Below, piece after piece: positions 19,615-30,249 of a stretch of DNA of 64,000 nt. The translations under genes and the position numbers were made by a program. Source of the DNA: Fibrobacter succinogenes (GTDB lineage: Bacteria > Fibrobacterota > Fibrobacteria > Fibrobacterales > Fibrobacteraceae); the NCBI GenBank assembly GCA_902761355.1, contig CACWJY010000010.1:21207-85206 (forward strand), written 5' to 3'. Under the pieces are notes generated by a model. It saw nothing but the letters and a program-made list of their open reading frames with translations. It had not been told where the DNA came from and made no database searches. Position 1 is the stretch's first letter. Every line of letters starts with the position of its first letter.

Positions 19615-20523
19615 ATGAGCAATTTGTGCTATACCCTTTTACTTGTTCTGACCGCCGCCATCTGGGGATCAGGCTTTGTCGCCCAAATCGAAGGCAACGC
19701 CTTCGGGCCTTTTGCATTTTCTTGCATCCGTTGCTTTATCGCGGCAGGTTTTCTTGCTTTAGTTTTTAAGTTGCTTGACACATTCGGCAAAAGTCCGCGA
19801 AAGCCTCGCAACCGCGAAGAGACAAAGCTGATGTGGAAAGCGGGTTTCTTTTGCGGACTCGCCCTCTGTACTGCCATGAACCTGCAGCAGCTTGGAATGT
19901 TTCTCGGCACCCCCGCCGGGAAATCAGGCTTTTTAACCGCCTGCTATATCGTACTCGTTCCCGTCGTGCGTTTAATTCTCGGTCACCGCATTTCAACAAA
20001 GACCTGGATTTGCGTAGCCCTCACTACCGTGGGCCTATACTTGCTCTGCATCAAAGACGGTTTTTCATTGGAACTTTCAGACGGAGTTTCATTACTTTGT
20101 GCGTTAGCCTTTTCGTTCCACATTCTAGTCATCGACAAATTCGTGAATCAAATTGACCCGATTCGCGTTTCTGCAATTCAATTCTTGACAATTGGCGTCT
20201 TGACTATCCCACTCATGCTTATTTTCGACTTAAAGTTTCCGGCCTTGGACTTTAGCACCGTTGCCGCGGCATTTGCAAACCCACGGGCAATCGCCGGGCT
20301 CTGCTTTGCCGCATTCTGTTCCAGCGGGATTGCCTACACATTGCAGATTGTCGCCCAAGACAAGGTGAACCCCACCATTGCCTCACTCACGATGAGTCTC
20401 GAATCTGTATTTGCCGTACTTGCGGGCTGGGCCATTCTAGGAGAACAGCTTTCGGCCCGAGAACTCACAGGTTGCGCAATTATGATGGTCGCTATTATCG
20501 CGGCGCAGATAAAAACAAAGTAG
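19615..20523 (+). CDS. DMT/EamA family transporter
   Basis: About 10 hydrophobic segments with AAIWGSGFVAQ and SLESVFA. Start moved to ATG 19615. Confidence 0.9.
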   Translation: MSNLCYTLLLVLTAAIWGSGFVAQIEGNAFGPFAFSCIRCFIAAGFLALVFKLLDTFGKSPRKPRNREETKLMWKAGFFCGLALCTAMNLQQLGMFLGTPAGKSGFLTACYIVLVPVVRLILGHRISTKTWICVALTTVGLYLLCIKDGFSLELSDGVSLLCALAFSFHILVIDKFVNQIDPIRVSAIQFLTIGVLTIPLMLIFDLKFPALDFSTVAAAFANPRAIAGLCFAAFCSSGIAYTLQIVAQDKVNPTIASLTMSLESVFAVLAGWAILGEQLSARELTGCAIMMVAIIAAQIKTK

Positions 20524-20530
20524 TTTACGG

Positions 20531-22063
20531 CTATTTTCTTTTATAGCAGGTAGACTGTATTTTCTTGACAAGCATTAGCCCGCCCACGACAAGCACAACA
20601 CCAACAAAAAGCGAAAGTAGCGCACTGCGGGTAAATCCCGCAATAATGTAACTCACAAAGCTTACGGCCGCCACGCACAAGGCATACGGCAGCTGCGTAT
20701 TCACATGGTTCACATGGTTGCACTCCGCACCGGCACTTGCCATAATCGTGGTATCCGAAATGGGTGAAATATGGTCACCACAAACGGCACCGGCCATACA
20801 AGCCGAAATGGAGATGATCATCAAGTTCGGATCGACGCTGGAGAATGCGGCCACCACAATCGGAATCAGAATACCGAACGTACCCCAAGAAGTCCCCGTC
20901 GCAAAAGCAAGACCGATACCAATCAAGAAGATAATCGCCGGCATAAAGTTCATCAAACCAGAAGCACTTCCCGAAACAAGCCCCGCCACAAAGTCCTTTG
21001 CGCCAAGCGTATCGGTAACCCCCTTCAGGCTCCATGCCAGCACAAGGATTATGATAGCCGGGACCATCGCCTTGAAACCTTCGGGCAAACATTCCAGACA
21101 TTTGCGAAGTTTCAAGACTCTACGGCCCAAGAACCAAATCACTGTCACGATAAAGGCTGCAAAGCTCCCAAGTACAAGACCAACAGAGGCATCACTTCCG
21201 CCAAAGGCATCGACAAAGCCCTTATGAGCCTCGCCACTTGCAAAGAATCCGCCCGTATAAATCAAGCCGATTACACAGAAAAAAATCAGCATCACAATCG
21301 GGAAAACCAGATCAAGAACCGTTCCACGAGTCTGTTCCACATTCATTTTTTCCATCTTTGCTTCAATCATTTCGGCAGCCGTTTCGTACTTTTTCATCGG
21401 TCCAAAATCCACATTCAGAAGCACCAAGGCAAACAGGGCTACAATCGTGAGTAGCGCATAAAAGTTGAAGGGAATCGCCTTCACAAAAAGACCTAGGCCA
21501 TCTTCACCGTCCACAAAACCGGTCACCGCCGCCGCCCAGGAACTCACCGGAGCAATGATGCAAATAGGAGCAGCCGTCGCGTCAATCAAATAGGCCAGTT
21601 TTTCGTGACTGAGCTTAAACTTATCAGTAACCGGACGCATCACGCTACCCACCGTAAGGCAGTTAAAGTAGTCATCTACAAAAATCAGCATTCCAAGAAC
21701 AATCGTCGCTATTTGCGCACCCACTTTGGATTTGATATGAGCCTTAGCCCAGTTTCCAAACGCAGCCGCAGCACCCGACTTGTTCATCAAGGCAACCATC
21801 GCGCCAAGCATCACCAAGAAAAAGAGTATTCCCACGTTCCAGGGGTCGGATACCTGCTTGGCCATACCATTCTTGAACACAGCATCCAAAAATTCAGGGA
21901 AGCTCCCCTGACTAATAAAAAGGCCCCCTATCAAGACGCCAACAAACAGAGAAGAATAAGCTTCTTTGGTAATAAGAGCCAGGACGATGGCCACCACCGA
22001 CGGAACCAAAGCCCAAAATGTTCCATGAAAATAAGATACAGTTTCTGCAACTTGCTGCTCCAT
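20531..22063 (-). CDS. NhaC-family transporter (possible amino-acid transporter, LysW-like)
   Basis: IFVDDYFN, GTSWGTFGI and GDHISPISDTT motifs. Confidence 0.88.
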   Translation of the reverse strand: MEQQVAETVSYFHGTFWALVPSVVAIVLALITKEAYSSLFVGVLIGGLFISQGSFPEFLDAVFKNGMAKQVSDPWNVGILFFLVMLGAMVALMNKSGAAAAFGNWAKAHIKSKVGAQIATIVLGMLIFVDDYFNCLTVGSVMRPVTDKFKLSHEKLAYLIDATAAPICIIAPVSSWAAAVTGFVDGEDGLGLFVKAIPFNFYALLTIVALFALVLLNVDFGPMKKYETAAEMIEAKMEKMNVEQTRGTVLDLVFPIVMLIFFCVIGLIYTGGFFASGEAHKGFVDAFGGSDASVGLVLGSFAAFIVTVIWFLGRRVLKLRKCLECLPEGFKAMVPAIIILVLAWSLKGVTDTLGAKDFVAGLVSGSASGLMNFMPAIIFLIGIGLAFATGTSWGTFGILIPIVVAAFSSVDPNLMIISISACMAGAVCGDHISPISDTTIMASAGAECNHVNHVNTQLPYALCVAAVSFVSYIIAGFTRSALLSLFVGVVLVVGGLMLVKKIQSTCYKRK

Positions 22064-22093
22064 AATTGTCTCCTATTAATTTATCGAAATTAT

Positions 22094-22127
22094 AAAAAAA
22101 TTGTCTAACCCTTTCGAGTTAGACAAT
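22094..22127 (-). terminator. Terminator after nadC
   Basis: attgtctaac/gttagacaat stem with a T run on the minus strand. Confidence 0.7.
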
Positions 22128-22145
22128 CAAAACTATTTTTCAATT

Positions 22146-23009
22146 TTAAATTCGCATCGAGATATCGAGCGCCTTAACACTGTGTGTTAGGGCTCCGACC
22201 GAGATATAATCAAGACCGAGTGTTGCGATTTCTTTAGCGCGTTCAAGCGTCATATTGCCAGACCCCTCAACCAACACCTTGTCACCGCTTTCCTTGATAA
22301 TCTTCAAGGCTTCGGCCATCATCTCGTTGCTCATATTGTCGAGCATGATTACATCTACGCCCTTATTCAAGAGAGCACGCAACTGGTCGAAGTTTTCAAC
22401 TTCCATTTCGACCATCAAGTTCTGCTTGTTGTTCTTCTTAACGACTTCGAGCGCCTGGAGCACGCCACCTGCTGCAGCAATGTGGTTGTCCTTCACGAGC
22501 ACCATGTCAAAAAGTCCCATGCGGTGGTTAGAACCACCACCCACGCGAACGGCGTACTTCTGCAAGGTGCGGAAACCGGGAACCGTCTTGCGCGTATCGA
22601 GCACCTTGGTCTTCCCCGCCTTCAAAGCTTCCTGGAAAGTGTGGGCAACCGTTGCCACACCCGAAAGTTGCTGGATAAAATTCAAAAGCGTGCGTTCGCC
22701 CGTCAAAAGTTCGTGCGTCGTGCCGTCCATTTCGGCAATCAGGTCACCCTTCTTCACGACATCGCCGTCTTTCTTGTAGAGCGTCACCTTTACATTCGCC
22801 TTGAGTTCCTGGAACACAAGCTCAATCACCGGGAGGCCGGCAAGCACACCGTCTTCTTTTGCAATCAAACGGGCATGCTGCTTTTGGTCGGCAGGAATCG
22901 TCCATTCACTCGTCACGTCACCCGTGCGAACATCCTCAGCCAAGGCCAAACGAATCATGGTTAAAGCATCTTCAGTCGGAAAAACCGGGGTGGAATTGTC
23001 GCCGTACAT
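22146..23009 (-). CDS. nadC: Quinolinate phosphoribosyltransferase
   Basis: DTRKT, HRMGL, KDNH, EVE, MLDN and SVGALTHS motifs. Confidence 0.96.
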   Translation of the reverse strand: MYGDNSTPVFPTEDALTMIRLALAEDVRTGDVTSEWTIPADQKQHARLIAKEDGVLAGLPVIELVFQELKANVKVTLYKKDGDVVKKGDLIAEMDGTTHELLTGERTLLNFIQQLSGVATVAHTFQEALKAGKTKVLDTRKTVPGFRTLQKYAVRVGGGSNHRMGLFDMVLVKDNHIAAAGGVLQALEVVKKNNKQNLMVEMEVENFDQLRALLNKGVDVIMLDNMSNEMMAEALKIIKESGDKVLVEGSGNMTLERAKEIATLGLDYISVGALTHSVKALDISMRI

Positions 23010-24460
23010 TACTGCGCTCCCTTGCCTGTTAGAACAACATAAACTGTCCGCACCAGAATCTGGAAATCAAGCAGCAAGCTCATATTTTCGAAGTAATACA
23101 TGTCGTACTGCAGCTTAATTTTCACGTCTTCGGTGCTAGTATCATAATGGTGGCACACCTGAGCCCAGCCGGTCAGACCCGGCTTCATTTTCAGGCGGCT
23201 AATATAGAACGGAATTTCTTCACGGAGTTTTGCGATAAACACGGCGCGCTCGGGACGCGGACCCACCATGCTCATATCACCCTTAAGCACACACAAGATC
23301 TGCGGTAGTTCATCGATACGGGTCTTGCGAAGGAACTTGCCCACCTTGGTAATACGCGGATCATCCTTAGTCGCCCACTGGGCACCAAACTTTTCAGCAT
23401 CGGTACGCATCGTGCGGAACTTAAACACCGTAAACGGCTTACCATAAAGGCCAATGCGTTCCTGCGAATAAAACACAGGGCCATGATCTTCCAGTTTAAT
23501 GGCGATTGCCGCAAGCACACACACCGGGAAAGAAATTATTCCCAAGAAGGCGCCAAATAAGATGTCAATAACACGCTTGATACGGACCTGCCAGAGCGGC
23601 ATCGTAAAAGCAAAAAGTTCCTGTAGTTCAAAACCGTAAACAAGATTCGCCTTAAACTGGCCATTAATCACACTATAAAGTTCGGGCACCAGATAAATAT
23701 GCACCCTTTGGTCGCAAACCCAAACCAGCACGCGCATAATTTCTTGCGGCGAAGAACTTTCGTGTGCAATGATGATTCCTGTTACCTTATACTTTTTGAT
23801 AAGCGACGCCAAATCCGAATACTTACCCAATACAGGCACATTCGCAAATTCGTGGTCCATTACCTGATAGCGTTCATCGACAAAGCCTACTACACGCTGA
23901 CCGCGTTCAGGAGTCTTTGCAAGCGCTTCGGCAATTTTCTTACCTGCTTCGGTTGCACCGAGCACCAGAATGTTGTTCGCACCAAAACCAAGGCTCAAGA
24001 GCCTGCGCAGGCAGCGATAAATGAGCATTCTAAAGAAGATGACCAAGCAAAGGGCAAAACCACCATAAATAAAGATCCACGGAAAACGCGACCCGTAAAG
24101 GTAACCACTACTCAGCGGTTCATTCGCCATGACCTTTCCAATAAACTCGGCCCCGAAAAGCACCGCAATAATCAGCACAATGCCAATAAGCACCGCACGT
24201 AACACGCGTAAAATTTGGTGCGTTCTCGACATCAAGAGCCATGAGCGGTAAAGTCCGGCACAAGTAAACAGCAAAAGCCAGCCGACATTCAAGACTAGGC
24301 CCATGTGGGCGTAATCCACAAAAGCCTTGTCCAGATCAAATTTATCGGCAATCCAGCCACTATGGAACTGTACCCAAAAAGCGAGTGCAAAACAAATAAA
24401 CAACGCCACGAAGTCCGACAGGACTACGAGGATACGTTCCAATGTAGCGGCACGAATCAT
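23009..24460 (-). CDS. Polyprenyl-phosphate phosphoglycosyl transferase (WcaJ-like)
   Basis: N-terminal TM helices, a Rossmann-like middle domain, and KFRTM, DDPRIT, IDELPQ and GPRPER motifs. Confidence 0.92.
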   Translation of the reverse strand: MIRAATLERILVVLSDFVALFICFALAFWVQFHSGWIADKFDLDKAFVDYAHMGLVLNVGWLLLFTCAGLYRSWLLMSRTHQILRVLRAVLIGIVLIIAVLFGAEFIGKVMANEPLSSGYLYGSRFPWIFIYGGFALCLVIFFRMLIYRCLRRLLSLGFGANNILVLGATEAGKKIAEALAKTPERGQRVVGFVDERYQVMDHEFANVPVLGKYSDLASLIKKYKVTGIIIAHESSSPQEIMRVLVWVCDQRVHIYLVPELYSVINGQFKANLVYGFELQELFAFTMPLWQVRIKRVIDILFGAFLGIISFPVCVLAAIAIKLEDHGPVFYSQERIGLYGKPFTVFKFRTMRTDAEKFGAQWATKDDPRITKVGKFLRKTRIDELPQILCVLKGDMSMVGPRPERAVFIAKLREEIPFYISRLKMKPGLTGWAQVCHHYDTSTEDVKIKLQYDMYYFENMSLLLDFQILVRTVYVVLTGKGAQ

Positions 24461-24502
24461 AGTAACCTTAAACTACAAAATTTGGAGTCTATAAATAATC
24501 CG

Positions 24503-25792
24503 TTATGCGAGGAAACGGATAACTTGGCTCTTTTCGACAATTTCGGGCAGGGCATCGATAGCGTCCACAGCCTTCGAGGTCTTGCAATCCTGAGTTTTCT
24601 CGGTGATTACCACAATAGAAACCTTACCCGGATCCTTCACATTCTTCTGGATAATGGTTTCGATGGAAATCTTGTTTTCGGCAAGAATGCTGGTAATCTT
24701 GGCGAGTACACCGCATGCATCACGGGAAGTGAAACGCAGGTAGTAGCGAGCCGAAGTTTCCGAAATAGGAACGAGCGTTGCAGAGTTGTCGACGTTGAAC
24801 CAGCCCATCGGGAGAGCCTTGCGACTACCCTGATCCACAGAGCGAGCCAGAGAAACGAGGTCGGCTACGACGGCAGAAGCAGTCGGGAGACGGCCTGCAC
24901 CGGCGCCCGTCTGAACGGTTTCGCCCAGGTTGTCGCACTTAAGGTACACAGCATTAATCACGCCGTTCACGTTAGAAAGCAGGTTTTCGTTAGAAACGAA
25001 GCACGGATGGACACGAGCATCCACGCGATTTCCGTCACGGTGATAGATGCCGAGCAGCTTCACGCAGCAGCCAAGTTCCTTGGCAAATGCGATATCCTGG
25101 GCGGTAATCTTCGAGATACCCGTCACGTGAATCTTTTCAAAGTCCACGCGCTTGCCGCTGCAGAGGCTAGCAAGCAGGGCCGTCTTGTGAGCGGAGTCAA
25201 TACCTTCGATATCGAAGGTCGGATCAGCTTCGGCAAAGCCGAGCTTCTGGGCATCCTTCAAAACCACATCAAAGTCCAGGCCTTCGTCGGCCATGCGGCT
25301 AAGGATGTAGTTGCAGGTACCGTTAATGATGCAGCTCAGGTGTTCCACCGTAGAGCCGAGCAAGCCTTCCTGCAAGCTACGAATGATAGGAATGCCACCA
25401 CCCACAGCAGCTTCAAACAGCACATGCAGACCGTTCTTGGCAGCAAGCGGGAAAATTTCGTGACCGTACTTGGCGAGGAGCGCCTTGTTTGCAGTCACCA
25501 CGTGCTTGCCGCTTTCGAGGGCAGCAAGGATCCACTTGCGCGGCATGTTGTAGCCACCAGCCAGTTCCACGAGCACGTCGATATCGTTACCAGCGATCAT
25601 TTCGTCGGCGTTGGTCGAAACCTTGTAGCCCTTTGCCTTGTAAGGGGCAACTTCTTCTTCGGACTTGGCGCAAATACAAGCCAGTTCCAGTTCGACACCG
25701 AGCTTTTCCTTGTATTCGGCGATTTTCTGTTCAAGAATCTGAATAACACCGCCACCGACGGTTCCAGTACCAATAAGACCAATACGCAACAT
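24503..25792 (-). CDS. hom: Homoserine dehydrogenase with C-terminal ACT domain
   Basis: GTGTVG, VVTANK, FEAAVGGGIP, NGTCNYIL, AEADPTFD and GAGRLPTASAV motifs. Confidence 0.96.
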   Translation of the reverse strand: MLRIGLIGTGTVGGGVIQILEQKIAEYKEKLGVELELACICAKSEEEVAPYKAKGYKVSTNADEMIAGNDIDVLVELAGGYNMPRKWILAALESGKHVVTANKALLAKYGHEIFPLAAKNGLHVLFEAAVGGGIPIIRSLQEGLLGSTVEHLSCIINGTCNYILSRMADEGLDFDVVLKDAQKLGFAEADPTFDIEGIDSAHKTALLASLCSGKRVDFEKIHVTGISKITAQDIAFAKELGCCVKLLGIYHRDGNRVDARVHPCFVSNENLLSNVNGVINAVYLKCDNLGETVQTGAGAGRLPTASAVVADLVSLARSVDQGSRKALPMGWFNVDNSATLVPISETSARYYLRFTSRDACGVLAKITSILAENKISIETIIQKNVKDPGKVSIVVITEKTQDCKTSKAVDAIDALPEIVEKSQVIRFLA

Positions 25793-25851
25793 AGGGCGTC
25801 TCCATTTTTAAATTTTCGCATGTAAATATAGAATTTTCTACATTTCAGTAT

Positions 25852-27024
25852 ATGGAACAGGAATCCGTCAATCCGGCAATCGGCTCTATTCTTGACGAGC
25901 AAAAGCTCAAGAATATTGTTTACCCGACCAAGCTCTTTCGTGCACGTCTAAACGAAGAATTTTTACGAGCAAACCGCACCCGTAAGCCCTTTTTATACAT
26001 CAAGATGTATTCCCACCAATACGACTTTTTTGGTTGGGGAAGCCCTGACAAGACTGTCGAGAACACCTGGCGCATCAGTATCCTTACTATGTTTTCGCAC
26101 TTGCGCTTTATCGATGTACTCGGCTACCTTTCTGACGGCAGCGGCCTCGGACTGATTCTATTAAATTCCGACCTATCTACGCTCGAATCCATCCGTAAAG
26201 AAATTCTACATAAGCTTAACGATGCAGGCCTCATCAAAACCCTCCGCATCAAGCCCAAGAAGCCCATTTTCGAAGCTTTTCTGTACACGGGCTTACAAGA
26301 AAAAGAGAACCTTGAACTGACCGAAAAAATTGATGCCTTCAACAGCACCAACGGAAGTTTCTTTTCTCTCTCCCGTCTTAACCTGGACCACATCTGGGAA
26401 CACCCACATACCATACGCTTCCGTCACATGATTAAGCGTATTGTCGACATTTCCTGCACAAGCGTTGCCATTCTCCTGTGTTCTCCGCTGCTGCTGTTCT
26501 GCGCCGCAGCCGTCAAGATTAGCGACCCCAAGGGTCCCGTCATCTTTAAGCAGACGCGTGTCGGCAAGAACGGCAAGCTGTTTACCATGTACAAGTTCCG
26601 CAGCATGTACGTAGATGCCGAAGAACGCAAAAAGGAACTCATGGCTCAAAACGAAACAGGTGGCAAGACCTTCAAAATGAAGAACGACCCGCGTATCTAT
26701 CCGTTCGGCCATGTGCTGCGCAAGTTCAGCCTCGACGAACTCCCGCAGTTTTTCAACATCATCAAGGGCGACATGTCTATCGTAGGACCACGCCCACCGA
26801 TTCCGTCCGAAGTTGCCGAATACGAACCGTGGCACCGCATGCGCCTGTCCGTTACCCCCGGTCTTACCTGCATTTGGCAGGTGAGCGGCCGTAGCAATAT
26901 TTCTTTCGAAGGCCAGATGCGTCTTGACAACGACTACATTAAGCGTAACGGAAAACTGAGCGACGACTTCTCCCTTATCCTCAAAACCTTTAAGGTCGTA
27001 TTCAAAGGCGAAGGAGCATATTAA
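25852..27024 (+). CDS. Phosphoglycosyl transferase with N-terminal degenerate GGDEF-like domain
   Basis: C-terminal KFRSM, NDPRI, LDELPQ, GPRP and PGLTCIWQVSGRS; N-terminal EFLRANR..PF...LRFIDVLG pattern. Confidence 0.88.
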   Translation: MEQESVNPAIGSILDEQKLKNIVYPTKLFRARLNEEFLRANRTRKPFLYIKMYSHQYDFFGWGSPDKTVENTWRISILTMFSHLRFIDVLGYLSDGSGLGLILLNSDLSTLESIRKEILHKLNDAGLIKTLRIKPKKPIFEAFLYTGLQEKENLELTEKIDAFNSTNGSFFSLSRLNLDHIWEHPHTIRFRHMIKRIVDISCTSVAILLCSPLLLFCAAAVKISDPKGPVIFKQTRVGKNGKLFTMYKFRSMYVDAEERKKELMAQNETGGKTFKMKNDPRIYPFGHVLRKFSLDELPQFFNIIKGDMSIVGPRPPIPSEVAEYEPWHRMRLSVTPGLTCIWQVSGRSNISFEGQMRLDNDYIKRNGKLSDDFSLILKTFKVVFKGEGAY

Positions 27025-27026
27025 CC

Positions 27027-27242
27027 ATGAGCAAGCTGATGGCACACATCCTTGTCGGAGTTCTTGTAGCGGCAGTCCTGATGTTTATCAAGAACATGCT
27101 TCTCCCAGAAAGCCTACGCACCTCCGAAGCATTCGACACATTCATCAGCCTGTGCTACGTGGCATGCATCGTGGTTCCGTGCGCCATCTATTTTGCAAAA
27201 AACAAACCCGGAACCAACAACAAGGGCGAACGCATCGAATAA
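27027..27242 (+). CDS. Small two-TM membrane protein
   Basis: 71 aa with two hydrophobic segments; AAGGAG SD; starts 2 nt after the previous stop. Confidence 0.75.
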   Translation: MSKLMAHILVGVLVAAVLMFIKNMLLPESLRTSEAFDTFISLCYVACIVVPCAIYFAKNKPGTNNKGERIE

Positions 27243-27274
27243 GGCTTACGCCTCTATTAATTACACCGTATTAC

Positions 27275-27303
27275 AAAAGGACTGTTTTAGCAACAGTCCT
27301 TTT
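27275..27303. terminator. Bidirectional terminator
   Basis: aaaaggactgtt-ttagc-aacagtcctttt between convergent genes. Confidence 0.85.
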
Positions 27304-27332
27304 AAATTTTGTTTCAGTGATTGTTTCGAGAA

Positions 27333-30113
27333 TTAGTTCTTTCGGCAGCGCACGGCTGCGGCTGCGCCGAGGGCAATCAGCAGCACGGCGGCAACCAAGC
27401 TGACCCCAACGGTTTTGTGGAACGGGGCACTGCGGTATTCCATGCGAACTTCAGATTTACCCGCCGGAATCTGCACGGCGCGCAAGGTTCCAAAAGCCTT
27501 GTAGACCTTAGCTTTTTTGCCGTTCACATAAGCCTTCCAGTACGGGTGATAGTTACCAGCAACAACCATGAAGCCATCACGGTCCGCATTCACGCTGAAC
27601 ACCTGCGTATCCATTTTAGGCGAAGCGATCAGCTTTGCAAAACCCTGAATCGGACCCTTAGCAGCCACGCTACCCTTGCCATCAAATTCCGGAGTTTCGG
27701 ACAAAATAACCTTTTCGCGGTAGAAGAACTTACCCGGTTCGTCGCCGAATTCGGGAGCGGCGGGTGTGGCTGGTTTCGCAGCCACGGCGCTCGCAGAATC
27801 AGCGGCGGCGCTATCGGCCGGTGCAGCGGTGGAATCAGTAGCAGGTTCTGCCACCGGTTCAGCAACCTTCTGTTCACGAATAGCCGCCTGCGTCTGCAGC
27901 GTCTTGATGGCAGCGGAATCATCCATCACGACGGCTTCGCCGTAGAGATAGGCCTCGCCCATTGCCGTCGGAATCGGCATGTAGGTCGTTCCCTGACGGC
28001 TATCGAAAATAATGGCGCCCACGTTCATCAAGTCGAGGAATGGATGCACTGCCGTCGGATCATTGATATTCATCAAGTAGTTAGCATCCTGCTGACCGCC
28101 GCGGAACGCACGATAGCACGCCAGTTCGTTATCGTGAATGCCGTCGGCATTGCGCATGTGGTACTGCGAGAAGATGTTTCCGCTCAAGGCCTTGTTGCGG
28201 GAAAGCGAAAGCACGCGCGGCGTATTCAGCGGATCCGCCTTATACGGAGCCTTGATGGCAGCAATCACCGGATTGGTCGGCTGCAGATATTCGTTTGCAG
28301 GAACATTCTGGATGAACGCTCCGTTGATAAAGAAGAGTTCAAGGCCTGCAGCAAGCGCAAGAACGCCCGCCTTCTGTGCCACCGGAGCCTTCCACCTGGC
28401 AACGAACAGGGTCACCGCGACAATCACCAGCACCAGCACAAAGCCAGGGACAGCCTTGCCGGCGGTCGCATTCATCACAATTTCGTTAAGCGGCTTAAAG
28501 TAAGGCGCGGTAACAGAATCTTCCAAAAGCTTCTGGCCGCTCATAAGCATCACACCCAGGTAAGCAAAGCCGATAAAGATGCAGGCCTGCAAGGCACGCG
28601 GAGTTCCCGGGAGTCCCTTCTGGAAAGCTTCGGTCAAGTTTGCAATCGTAAGCTTTTTCTTCTGGTCATCGAGGCTCATCACGCCAAGGCAGAGGGCCGC
28701 ATAAAGAATCATCACCACCAAGCCGACAGGGCCAATGAAAGTCGTCCAGGCAAAACGAGCAATTAAGGCAAGCACCAAAAGGACGCCATACATGACAGAA
28801 CCATGCAACAGAGCGCGATGATTATCTTCGGCTTCGGCAGCCTCTTCGGGAGTCTTTGCGTCGCCAGAAATCGCCTTAAGCACCGGGCCCGCCATCATTA
28901 CCAGCAAAAGCGGCAACCAGAACAGGGCCATACCCGGAGCGCGGAAGTTCTTGACGCCGGGAAGCACATTATACCACAGCTTGAACAGCGGAGAATGGTC
29001 ACCCATGCCGTAGCTCAAAGCAACGACAGCGCCCAGACCCCAGAACGCCGCATAGCGACGCTTGCCCGGCAAAAACAGGCAAAGGAATCCAAGGAAGGTC
29101 AGCAAGGCGCCCGCATTGTTATGGTCTAGTTTGAACGCATTGTGGCCCCAATAGAACGGAGAACCGCCCTGCAACTTGCGGTATTCATCCATCGAAAAAC
29201 TCACAAAAGAGGAACCTTCGAGGTCACCTGTCTTTTCGTTCTGTTCGTAAACGTCTACGCCCACAAAGCCCGGCAACAGAATCTGAGCCATTTCTTCTTG
29301 GTGCAAGGACCAGCTAACGGCGTGGCCGTAATTGGTGTGGCTGTCATCGCCACGCACCGACTGCGTTGTCGTGTACATGTAAGGAGGCACAATCTGGAAG
29401 CAAGAAAGCGCAAGGCCAAAACCGAGACCCACCGCCGCAAGGCCGAGACGCTTGCCACGAGTCTTCAAGGCATCGCAATGGAAGGCGACTTCGTAAAGCG
29501 TATAAAGGCCAGCACCCCACAGGAACAAGTAAGTAAGTTGCAGGTGCGAACCGAGAATCATCCACGCAACAGAGAGCGCAAGCACTATCATATAGGGAAT
29601 GCTACCCGAGCGGACAATCTTCCTAATAGCGAGCAAAGCAAGCGGAGCAATCGCAAAGACCATCATCTTGCCGTCGTGACCACCATAGAGGTAGGTAAAG
29701 AACTCCGGCGAGAACGCGTAAAGCATGCCGAGTAGGCCCGCCCACCAACGGTTCCCCGTCAGGTTCCAGGCAAGGAGCATGGCACTCATAAAGGCCACCC
29801 ACAGCGTCAAGATGAACTTGAAGCCCACGGCGCGGGCCGGGTCCATCAGGAACTGCACCCATACCAACGGGTGGTAGGCATCGGCAAACAAGGCGTCAAT
29901 CGTGGGCACGCCACCTAGGCGAGTATCATCCCATTCCGTGAGCACGGCACTTTCGGCACGCAAAATGCGACTGCCGATACCGTTCAGCTGGTCACTGTTG
30001 AGCATGAGCTGATTGCTGTCAAACGCAAAATCGCGGAACACGATCAGCAAAATTCCAAGGAAAATGGCGGAAAGCGCCACAAAGAAAGCAGGCTTCTTGT
30101 TTAAGAAATTCAT
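27333..30113 (-). CDS. YfhO-family polytopic membrane protein (GT-C-like)
   Basis: Many TM segments with GGVP..A, GGHDGK and FRAP; C-terminal NYHPYWKAYVNG..AVQIPAGKSEVRMEY. Start placed at MNFLNK (30113). Confidence 0.82.
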   Translation of the reverse strand: MNFLNKKPAFFVALSAIFLGILLIVFRDFAFDSNQLMLNSDQLNGIGSRILRAESAVLTEWDDTRLGGVPTIDALFADAYHPLVWVQFLMDPARAVGFKFILTLWVAFMSAMLLAWNLTGNRWWAGLLGMLYAFSPEFFTYLYGGHDGKMMVFAIAPLALLAIRKIVRSGSIPYMIVLALSVAWMILGSHLQLTYLFLWGAGLYTLYEVAFHCDALKTRGKRLGLAAVGLGFGLALSCFQIVPPYMYTTTQSVRGDDSHTNYGHAVSWSLHQEEMAQILLPGFVGVDVYEQNEKTGDLEGSSFVSFSMDEYRKLQGGSPFYWGHNAFKLDHNNAGALLTFLGFLCLFLPGKRRYAAFWGLGAVVALSYGMGDHSPLFKLWYNVLPGVKNFRAPGMALFWLPLLLVMMAGPVLKAISGDAKTPEEAAEAEDNHRALLHGSVMYGVLLVLALIARFAWTTFIGPVGLVVMILYAALCLGVMSLDDQKKKLTIANLTEAFQKGLPGTPRALQACIFIGFAYLGVMLMSGQKLLEDSVTAPYFKPLNEIVMNATAGKAVPGFVLVLVIVAVTLFVARWKAPVAQKAGVLALAAGLELFFINGAFIQNVPANEYLQPTNPVIAAIKAPYKADPLNTPRVLSLSRNKALSGNIFSQYHMRNADGIHDNELACYRAFRGGQQDANYLMNINDPTAVHPFLDLMNVGAIIFDSRQGTTYMPIPTAMGEAYLYGEAVVMDDSAAIKTLQTQAAIREQKVAEPVAEPATDSTAAPADSAAADSASAVAAKPATPAAPEFGDEPGKFFYREKVILSETPEFDGKGSVAAKGPIQGFAKLIASPKMDTQVFSVNADRDGFMVVAGNYHPYWKAYVNGKKAKVYKAFGTLRAVQIPAGKSEVRMEYRSAPFHKTVGVSLVAAVLLIALGAAAAVRCRKN

Positions 30114-30249
30114 GCGGATAATGTAGTTAATTCGGAGTTCAGAATTATTAGGAACTATTATATACAAGCTACAAGAGCCGCTAAAAAACAGAAAGCACTA
30201 AAGGGCGGCCGGGAATCCAGCCGTCTTAATCAAAAAAAATGTTTTAAAA

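Noticed and set aside
22064-22145. Lysine riboswitch ahead of the NhaC/LysW-like gene
   Set aside because: The gap is only ~80 nt and is explained by the nadC terminator.
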